From: a virus
Virus record (IMG/VR): IMGVR_UViG_3300034066_002191
Length of the DNA: 64,000 bases
Reading direction: 5' to 3' (one strand)
A program made the translations under genes and the position numbers. Below are positions 47,085 through 57,300 of this stretch, piece by piece; positions within the stretch are counted from its first letter, which is position 1; each line of letters begins with the position of its first letter. The notes under the pieces are model-generated. The model saw only the letters and a list, made by a program, of their open reading frames with translations. It did no database searches and was not told the DNA's origin.

Positions 47085-50000
47085 TTATGTTAGATAATTG
47101 AAATACCTTAATGGAGATTTTCTCCTTATAATTGGGGTGTCATTTAGTCCAACTACTCCATAATTTTGAGTTACCGCAAATTCTTTTGGTGATTTTCTAG
47201 AATTTGGCTGGAATTCTATCAATCCCCAGCTGTAATTACCATAAAAATTACTAAATCCAAATCCGGCAAGACCATTATAATCTTGAACACTAACTACAAC
47301 TTTAGCTACATCAGTGAGACCAATTCCATATGCGTGTGTTTGTCCTATGGATACTGATAGTACTTCATATACATTATCTATAGATATAGTTCCAATTCCA
47401 ATTACTATATTATCACTACCTATTGAATTCAATCCATTTCCTATATTACTATTATATACTTCAAAAAAGTAATTTGTTTTTATATTGCTAGTATCTATCA
47501 TTTCATCTACATATTCCAAATCTCTCAAATAAGAATCCGACTCTATTAGTAAATCAAAGATTAGCCCGGTTTGAGCAACACCAGGAATAGATGTAGCTGC
47601 TATTCCTGTAATTATTCCAAAATCGCCACTATAATTTACATTAGATATGGTTTCTCTTTTTATTTCCAATGGGCCATTTGCTGATATTATTTCTATAGAA
47701 TTTCTATCCTCTGTAACATTATTTTCTTTTTTATTATCGAAAATAGTTTTTACATTACTTACATATATTTGAGTTGTCCCAATTCCGACACTTTTTATTA
47801 TATTTGTAGTTGGATAAATTAATGGCTCATATATTGGCCTATCTTTGGTTATTTGTTTTCCTTGGATCACCAAATCTTGCCTTTGTTTGGTCCAATTTAT
47901 TGGTCTCAAAATATCAACATCATCTAATATTCCATTTTTATTATATAAATTTGTTTTTGCTATATCTACAGATGTTATATCTTCTACTAGTCTAAATTCT
48001 TGCCTATAATTATAATCATCACTTTCTAACTTAATATAATCCCCTTGTTTTATTGTTTCTAAAATATCAACATCTTTGACATCTATCCCGTTTGTTCCCC
48101 TGTAGAAAATTATTTTACATTTATCTTTATCTCCATTTGGGTATGATTTTAGTGGTTCAGCAAAAGTGATAGTGCTGCCGCCATTGAAAAAATATCCAAC
48201 TCCAGGCTCTTGTAAAACATCATTTACAAATACCAATAATGTTGCTTCTATGTCAATATTAGATCCCGGCTGTGATACGATAGAGAACCTATTTCCTTGG
48301 TATGATAATGGAAAAATTCTTTTTTTGCCATCAATTAGATCTGAAATGCCATCTAATAATATGATATTTCCTATTGACCACCCAAAAAATGTATCTGAAT
48401 ATGTTTCTACTATAGTCAATTGAAATTCTCTGAATTGTCCTAGTGTAGGTATTCCAACCACACCATCTATTGGTAAAGTTAATATGTCACCAACAGAATA
48501 TGAATACCCATAATTCTTTACAGTAAAATCTATTACACTAGATCCTTGTCCAACTACGATATCAATGGTTGCTTCAGTTCCAACTCCCGCATTGCCACTA
48601 TATTTTAGTGGAATGTCACTATAAGATAATGGGAAATCAAATACAATTTTTGGGGGATTGTATTTTTTGAATTTTACTGATGAATATATTGGTATTGAAG
48701 ATACTGGTGCATCTGAACTCGATATGAATACACTGGATGCTCCTATCCCAACAATAGGAGCATTTTTTATACTGGGTTCAATTGATATAATAGGATATTT
48801 TTCTGGAATAATCGATACATCTTCTACAAATATTTCTGTGGAAGCAGCTGATACTATTTTTGTAGTTTTTGTTTGGCCCACTAACGGATATGAGGTATAT
48901 CCAAATCCAGGATTGGTAATTGCCACTCCAATTATATTTCCATTTGAAACAGTAGCAGTTCCTATAAACTCAATATTTACTGTACTTTCATCTGATGTTT
49001 GTACCCCAACTCTAACTGTTTGTAAATGCCGTCTATATCCAGAACCACTGTTTCCTATGGAAACTCCCTGAATTGTTCCAGATATCGAAACTATTGCTGT
49101 GCCTCCAGCGGATACTAGAGGCTGATAACCAAATCCAGCAGTCGAACCAACCGAAACAATAATTCCTCCTCTTGGTATGCTAGCATTATTTGGATCGTAT
49201 GAAATTGATGTTGCGGATCCGGTGAAATTTATTTTTGTGCTTGATCCGACTTCACTTAAATTGAAATCTTCTGTCGGAATTTGTAATACATTATTAATTA
49301 ATATTATTGACTCATCTTGATAAAAATCCACCAATTGGGTAGATTGCTCTGTTAATTCGAATGTTTTCTGTGATGAATTGAAATCCTCCGATATATCATC
49401 AAAAAGATAATTTTTTTCGTATGATTCTTCGGATAAAGTTGGATCGCCAGACCGCACAAAAACTCTACCCTGAAAAGTTGATTGTGCAGTAGATTCTATT
49501 GGAATTGATTCTGATGTATTATATTCTTCTTCTGGTTCAGTTGGCCCATATGGGGCAGAATCAAAATAAATTGTATTCCCAACTATATTATAATTTCCTT
49601 TTAATTTTTGTACTAAATCTCCTGAGCTGTGTGATGATATCCCAGATCCAAGCCAAGGTCTTTTTACAGCGACATAATTGGTACTTCCTATTCCAACTAC
49701 TTCTATTTTCATTATTTCTTGATTGATTTTTATCAAATCTCCAGAAAAAAATGAAGATATACCAGAGAAAACTAGAACATCACTTACAAAAGGTAAATTT
49801 TGTGTTAGTGATGTCGTAATTGATGTACCAACAATTGGGGATTGTATCAAATTATCAATACAAATCAGAGATTTTACATTTTGCTTTGTGGAGGTTACAT
49901 AATGATTTGCGTCCACTCCCATAGAGGTAAAGTCAAAAAGTATTGGTGGGTCAAAGAATGCATACTCTGGACTAGAACACAATCCAATCCTGGCATTATC

Positions 50001-51344
50001 AAATTTATATACATAACAATTTTGTGGCAATTTATTGGTATTTCCGATTCCTGATACATATGCAGTCGTAATTCCTATGGAATTATTTGTCAGGTCTTCA
50101 TTGAATTCGTCGGATCTATATAATACCTTTTCTCCAGTAACAAAAAAATGATTTGGCAAATAAATTGAATTCTGATTTAAGTTGACAATTGATGAATTAC
50201 TTCCATCAAATGCTCTTTCGAATATTGGAATACCTTTATGAGTTAAATTAAAATTTAATTTATTATTATCATTTCCATATCCAAGTTTAATGGCTGATGT
50301 TACAATGCTAGAATTTTTTAAATCTATTTTTGATGGCGATTTTGGGAGCTGAACAAATCCCAAAGTCTGTTGAAATACTTTTATTTCGACATCTATATTT
50401 GGATTGGGAGTAAAGGTCAACTCAAATATTCCTGAAATATTTGTATCAAAAGTTCCAATGCTGTCATTGGAACTTATTTTACCGTACTCAACAAAAATCG
50501 ATTCTGTCAAATTATTTGAAGTCAATAATTCAGAAAATTGTATTTTATTATTTGTAATGTCATTTATTTGTATTATATAATAAGCCGACAAATATTGTAT
50601 TGGATATGTTGATATTACATGTTGTGTTGGACTAGTTGATGCCGCAATCGAAACAGAATTCGAAGAAAAATTAGAATAAGTTAATTGTCTTTCTCCAGAC
50701 TCTGTATACTCGGTTTTTGCTAAAGAAACCGCAACAACATTAGAAGTATAATTTTCAGATATATCCAAAGGTGAAAAATCTATATTAATGTTGTTCGATC
50801 CATCTCTATAAAAATTAAATGTTCCTATTCCAGATAAGGACTGAGTTCCTAAGTTTAATCTTCCATATTCTACATTAAAAATATCAGTATCTGTACTAGT
50901 TAAATTTAATTCTAAGAACTCATATTTTTTTTTATTTCCTGTTAATTCGACAATCAACTTTGATGAACTAAATTTCTCAGGAATTTTGAAAATAGTTTTA
51001 GTAATACCAGAAGATATCGAAGTATTGGAAGATGCAACACTTACTACATTTCCCAAATCAAAAAAAGAAGACTCTGTAATAAATTGCTTGGTGTCATAAT
51101 AAACAAACCCATAACTGTAATCATTTATCCTGTCATCTAGAGGAAAAAAATCTAAAACTGCTTGATTTGATGCTACAGATAATGAATAACTTCCAATATC
51201 TTCTTTTGTGTGTATCTTTCCATAACTATTTGAAACTACATTATCCCCATCATTTAAAAATGTTAGTATTGATGATTGTACTTTACTGACATTTATTTCA
51301 TTCTTTGTTAATAGAAAGAATTTTGCAGCTCTAGTTTTTGACAT
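47085..51344 (-). CDS. Large baseplate/virion protein, apparent C-terminal part of gp7-like gene
   Basis: HFFVTGE, FQGRVFVRSG, GFGYQPLVSAGG, YSWG; in frame with the upstream ORF. Confidence 0.75.
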   Translation of the reverse strand: MSKTRAAKFFLLTKNEINVSKVQSSILTFLNDGDNVVSNSYGKIHTKEDIGSYSLSVASNQAVLDFFPLDDRINDYSYGFVYYDTKQFITESSFFDLGNVVSVASSNTSISSGITKTIFKIPEKFSSSKLIVELTGNKKKYEFLELNLTSTDTDIFNVEYGRLNLGTQSLSGIGTFNFYRDGSNNINIDFSPLDISENYTSNVVAVSLAKTEYTESGERQLTYSNFSSNSVSIAASTSPTQHVISTYPIQYLSAYYIIQINDITNNKIQFSELLTSNNLTESIFVEYGKISSNDSIGTFDTNISGIFELTFTPNPNIDVEIKVFQQTLGFVQLPKSPSKIDLKNSSIVTSAIKLGYGNDNNKLNFNLTHKGIPIFERAFDGSNSSIVNLNQNSIYLPNHFFVTGEKVLYRSDEFNEDLTNNSIGITTAYVSGIGNTNKLPQNCYVYKFDNARIGLCSSPEYAFFDPPILFDFTSMGVDANHYVTSTKQNVKSLICIDNLIQSPIVGTSITTSLTQNLPFVSDVLVFSGISSFFSGDLIKINQEIMKIEVVGIGSTNYVAVKRPWLGSGISSHSSGDLVQKLKGNYNIVGNTIYFDSAPYGPTEPEEEYNTSESIPIESTAQSTFQGRVFVRSGDPTLSEESYEKNYLFDDISEDFNSSQKTFELTEQSTQLVDFYQDESIILINNVLQIPTEDFNLSEVGSSTKINFTGSATSISYDPNNASIPRGGIIVSVGSTAGFGYQPLVSAGGTAIVSISGTIQGVSIGNSGSGYRRHLQTVRVGVQTSDESTVNIEFIGTATVSNGNIIGVAITNPGFGYTSYPLVGQTKTTKIVSAASTEIFVEDVSIIPEKYPIISIEPSIKNAPIVGIGASSVFISSSDAPVSSIPIYSSVKFKKYNPPKIVFDFPLSYSDIPLKYSGNAGVGTEATIDIVVGQGSSVIDFTVKNYGYSYSVGDILTLPIDGVVGIPTLGQFREFQLTIVETYSDTFFGWSIGNIILLDGISDLIDGKKRIFPLSYQGNRFSIVSQPGSNIDIEATLLVFVNDVLQEPGVGYFFNGGSTITFAEPLKSYPNGDKDKCKIIFYRGTNGIDVKDVDILETIKQGDYIKLESDDYNYRQEFRLVEDITSVDIAKTNLYNKNGILDDVDILRPINWTKQRQDLVIQGKQITKDRPIYEPLIYPTTNIIKSVGIGTTQIYVSNVKTIFDNKKENNVTEDRNSIEIISANGPLEIKRETISNVNYSGDFGIITGIAATSIPGVAQTGLIFDLLIESDSYLRDLEYVDEMIDTSNIKTNYFFEVYNSNIGNGLNSIGSDNIVIGIGTISIDNVYEVLSVSIGQTHAYGIGLTDVAKVVVSVQDYNGLAGFGFSNFYGNYSWGLIEFQPNSRKSPKEFAVTQNYGVVGLNDTPIIRRKSPLRYFNYLT

Positions 51345-51350
51345 TGTAAT

Positions 51351-54300
51351 TTAAATATTGATGGCAGTTACAAGGGTTGATCTTTGAGTCGTATTAAATT
51401 GGTTACTAATATCATCTATTGTTAGAACTCTATTACCAATAGATTGAGAGTGATCTTGCAATTTAGTAGAATTAAATGCGATTTCATCGGATGAAAGTTG
51501 GCCATTCAAATTAAATACATTTGACTCAATTCCAAGATCAAAATCATATTTACACTCTAAGTCTATAACGGTATTTAGATCAGATATTGCATCATAAGAT
51601 CCTTGGTCTTGAGTTGTCGAAATTCCACTAATTCCTATTGCATCGGATTCTACCGATAGGTCTCCAAATTTCTTAAAGCCCACTGTATGGGTAGTAGAAT
51701 CTACAATTTCACTCCATTTTTCAAGCGGTATTCTAGATTTGACGGAATATGAAAAATATTGATAGTAGTCGTTATCTGGTATACGCTGATTATTTTGATT
51801 TAGAAATCCAGTTGTAGTTTGCCAACCTTTATTTCTAATAGAATAATAATCAATGTTATAAGTCGATTCCGTCTGTATCACCTCTGTTATTTTTCCTATG
51901 GCCCCAGATGTTTTTCCTATCAATAAGGAATCAACATTAAAATCACTTATTGTTTGTATTTTTGCGTAACCAGTTTTGTCACTCCAATTATTAACTACTC
52001 CATATGAACTATTTGATTCTACTGTTTCTCCGGCCAAATATGAATTCAGTTTAATTGTAGTCTTAAATTTTGGTATATTCTTTTCTGGAATGATAGATCC
52101 TTTGGAGTTTATAGTATTATATGTCCCTAACTGTTTAGCATCAGATAGAAAGTCAGTCATATCATAATATACATAAGCTTTATTTTCACCAATTGATGTG
52201 GTTATTCCAGTTATGGTGAAATAATTATATTCATATTCACTTGAATTGTAGCCAATATAATTGGAATCCGTTTCTATTATGGATGTATTTTCTACTAATA
52301 CTTTATCATTTATAGAAATAGGAAGTGAATTTGTGTCTGTATATTCTTTTTCTAGATATGCAGTAACTCTTTTTAAAAGGGGATCATAGGATAAAGAATT
52401 TATTCCAACTCCATTTGAATTATTAATGGGTATAATTTTTGGTTCAGTATTACTAAAACCATTTGAATTTTTGATTATTAAGACTGAGCCACTAATATGA
52501 TCAAATTCTAAAATTATGTCATTTACGACTTCATTAGTTACTTGATCTACAACCAATAAGTCCGGAGAATAATTGTAATCTTTTCCAATGTAAGTGCATA
52601 CTATAGAATCTATGGTAGAAAATGGGTCTATTTTCACAACAGTAGGGAAATTTACTGTTGGTCTTATTGTTGGATCAATCGAATAATCATATCCAATATC
52701 ATTTATTTCTGTAGATTTAATTTTTCCAATAGATGAGCTAATGGGAAAAATTATAGAATTTTTTCCATAGTTGCTTGTTATTGTGGTTATTCCAGGTAAT
52801 TTTTTATATTTGCTGCCACCAGATATTAGTTTTATATCGTATATTCCACCAAACGCTGTCTTTGAATTAGTGGAATAGCTCATAGAAGAATTATTTACAT
52901 CATATTTTTCTATTTCTGGTAAATATTGTAATTGATAATTAAATGCTGTGGAGCCAATTCCAGTAATAATGTGAACCCCAGAATATTCACTACCAAAAAT
53001 ATTTACGCTGTTATTTTTTATTATTGTATCCTCAATATAGATTTCATTCTTTATTTCTGGTAGGCTATTATCAATTACTGGAGTTAATCGATAATACAAT
53101 TTTATAGGAGTCAATTCTGTAGTGTTTAATTCCAATCTAGCTCCACTATCAATACCAACATTTCCTATTTTAATTACTTCTAAGATTCCATTTCCATTAT
53201 AATAATATTTTTCATTATAATTTGGATCTTTATACAAATCAAAACTAAATGCCGACTTATTTTGTAGTCCGTCATTGAAAGATAAACTAAAATCAGATAA
53301 ATCAAAAATTATTTTTTGACCTACTATGATATCTAAACTTGAATTTATTTCTTTCAAGTTCCCAAAAGAAGATTCAGTTATATTGATGGGTTTATCAGAA
53401 ATAAAAGCATCGTGATAACTCTTCGATAGCTTTAATCTATCTCCATCTACTACACTTACATAATAAATTGAATCATCATCAAGTTCTGGTGATGGCAAAT
53501 TTGAATTGTAAATTAAGGATTGTCCTGTATAATAACCATGATTTGGTATAGTAAATATGCTATTTGATGTATCAATTCCTGAAAATTGCTTTTCTCCCGA
53601 AATCAATCTTCTATTTCTATCGTTATATTTAATTTTTATTGTGGTCGAAATGCCAGAAATTATATTCAAATTAACTCGATCGCCCAAATTCAATCCATGG
53701 GTTGACGCAGTAGAAACTGTGGAAATATTTTTTTGTATTTTTGCTCTTACTGTATTATTATTTACTCTAAAACTATGATTTCCACCAGTTCCATAACCAA
53801 CAAAATATAAAAATGGATACTTATTTGTTACTGTACTTACATAATTTAATTCAGTTCCTATTGCTACTCTAGTACTAGATACTCCTATAAAATCGTCCGA
53901 GACTTTAATTGCATATAATGATGTCATTTGGTCAAGTTCAAATGTTGTGGATCCATTTGAAACTTGAATTGAATTCCCACCGTTAGTGTAGTAATTTAAA
54001 TTTGTGTTATCTGATAAGTTATGGTTTTTTAAATACAAATTGCCAGGAGAAATTGATATCGATGTCGTCCCTATCCCAGAATAATACACTTCTACCAAAG
54101 AACTGGCAGTTGTACCAAATCCAACTACTTTTTTTGGATCGAAGTATATTTCTCTATTTCTATTTTCTGAAGCATATTCATCTACACAATTAAAATAAAA
54201 TTTTCTTGTCAATTCTGTTAATTTTGTAGTTGCAGTGTGCGCAGCACCAATCGGATCCCTCAAAACAGTAATTTTTAAATCATTTGGATGTATTCTGAGT

Positions 54301-57300
54301 ATCTTTACTGTTTCGTCCTCTATTTTATAATAATCATTTTCAATAATAGATGACTCGTCTAGAATTCCAATAACTGCAAAGTCTGTAATAATTCCAGTCT
54401 GAGACGCATCTCCTATTCCAGAAGATAGAATTAAAGAATTGGAGCTAACGCCTATTTGAGAATACTGATTTATTTTATTTGATATGGAAAGATCGTTATT
54501 TCCAACTATTGATACGAAATCAAAATCTTCCAACAGATGTGGAGCAGTAGACAAACCAAGAACGAAAGGAGAATTTTTTATTCTAACTAATTCTACATCA
54601 GAAATTGAATAATTGTCATTTTTTATTTCTAATATTTTTTTACCCTCTACTGATCCGACTATTGCACTAGCATCATTTCCTTCTGTTCCAAAGTTATCAA
54701 AATTTATGGAATCCCCTACAGAATAATTTTCTCCAGAGGTCAAAATACCAATAGAATCTAGTGATGAGTATTCGACCGAAACAATTTTTGAATTTTGACT
54801 TATTTCTTTATTGGGATTGGATAGAAAATCGTAACTAGAATTTTTGGAGTCAACAAAATAAAAATGAGTATTTCTTAATAATCTAGTCGAAAAATAATCA
54901 AAAGTGTTTTGTGAAATATTTGGTTGGAAGTTGTGATCTATTTTTTTTGATTTATAGTAATTTCCTATGAAATATGGGAACTCCGGAACAAAATCATCAT
55001 CTGCAGATAGAGTCGAAAAGTAAGCATAAGTTCCATTTGGGTATTCTGGTGTAATGCAATACCTTCCATTAAATTCATCCAAATCTTCATTTCCAATATA
55101 TTCATAATCCTCAATAAAAAATCCATTAGGAAAAATAAATTTATCATTTATTTTTTCTGGGGGCCTAATATCAAGATCTAATGTCGGATTTAACTTATAT
55201 CCAGATTTCATTTTTCTCACTTTTCCAACGATATTTGGATCATCATAACCATATGGACCATATATTGGATTCCCATCATATGCCCATCCAATAATGGGAG
55301 AATGGTATTTTATAGTAGAAATAGAATTTTCGTAGTCTGGTCTTACGATTGTATTTCCTCTTTCGTCTAAGAATTTTGAATATATTTTCTGACGCAACTT
55401 ATTTGGACAATAAACATGACAATATTTTATGACATCATACTCATTAAAGTATAAAACGCCATCGTCCGGTGAATTTAAATTATTTGAATTTATTATTCTA
55501 GAAGCATAATTTATTTGCCACGATTTGATCTTTGCTTCAAAGGTAGCATTTTTTCCATATGTTACTATTTCTATGCTAGTATTTTTTTGTTCATAGCCAT
55601 ATCCACCACTTACAACTATCACTCCTTTTATTTTCCCATCTTCTAGCACTGGACTCAATATGCATCCTGTACCAGTTCCAGATACAATTAAATCTGGAAT
55701 TGAGTAATAATCTGATCCTTCATTGAGCACATAAACTTCTTTTACTACCCCATTTAAAATATTTGCTTGTAATTGAGCATTTTTTCCAATTTTTATATTG
55801 AAATTTGGTTGCTTTTTATAATTTATTATGTCGGAAGAACCATAGCCAATTCCACCATTCTCAACATAAACATTTGTAATATTTCCCCTAAAAACAGGAA
55901 TAATTTTTGCTTGATGTAATTCTTTAGAATAAGATGATATTCCAGTTAACCCATCTATTTCAACTGAGATTGGCTCATGTCTAAAAATGTGAGTTCCTAT
56001 TCCGGAATCTATAAGATTTAAAAATTGATTTGTTTTAAAGTATGCATCTTTCGCTGTCGATCCGACACCAACTGGATATATTTGGAATTCATTTTCATCC
56101 ACTCTATTCACATAATATGTCGAAGAGCTAAATCCTATTGGATTTATTCCAGTACAGACATAACTTACAACATCGCCAGTCAAATATCCATGATTATTTG
56201 CTACGATGACATTTCTATATGTGTTTATTCCAGAAGAAGGAACGGAAACATAGTTATTTCTGTAATTTTTTCCTTGGTTGATGATAGAAATTGAACCAAT
56301 TTTTGATTTTTTCTGTTTTGCTATTATTTTTTGGGTTCCCGTTCCATATGAAGTGAGATTTATTTCGAGCCCAGACAAGGCATTTATTTTTGTTTCGTAT
56401 AACTTTATTGTATAATCGTCTTCTACTGTTGCAAAATATGTGGAAGATGTAACCAGTCCTACAATAGCAGAATTTCCATTTGTTTCATATATTACTTCCT
56501 CATAGTCTCTAAATTTGTGATAAGTAGAAAATGATATAGTATTAGTACTTAAGTTGACAAAATTAATAGAAGGGATAAATTCTACTTCATGAGTAAATGT
56601 AATTAGATTTGCTTTAGCTTGAGCCCCCGACCCATTTCCACCTAATACTTTTATTTTTGGCTCTTCGATATAGTCAAAACCACCATCTAACAAATCAATT
56701 TTTTCCAATATGCCATTGACTTCTGGATATACTTTTGCGACATTTGCTGTTGATAATCCAGGAGAAACTTCTATTGTAGGTAAATTTATTATGTCATAAT
56801 CTTCACCATTGGAAACTATATCAACTTTTTCTATGTTTCCATAATATAGAAAATCATTTGTTTTATAATTTAATATTTCTACTCCATTCATCAAAATACC
56901 AGTTGTTCCTGGAGTCGTCTCTTCTAGTATATCGACTTGTTCTGGTAATGATATTTTTTTTATCAAATCAATATTTTTTATTTCCTTTAATTCCTTTGAT
57001 TCTGTTAAGTAAGTTTTTGGATATAATCCCCCAGAAATTTGAGAGTTGATTTTTTCCCATGCATTTTCTTTGTAAATATAATACCAAACTTCTATATTTT
57101 TTGCGTCATCGAATATTATGACAAATTCATTTTTTTGGAAAAAATAATTACTAGCTAATAACTCTATTTTATCCAAATCAGAATATAATATTTCTTTTAA
57201 ATTTCTAGAAGAATATATTCTATTAAATGTAATGGGACTATATCTTGAAAAATATATGTCTGATCTATTTTTAAACAGTCGTAGTTCGTCGTCATCTACA

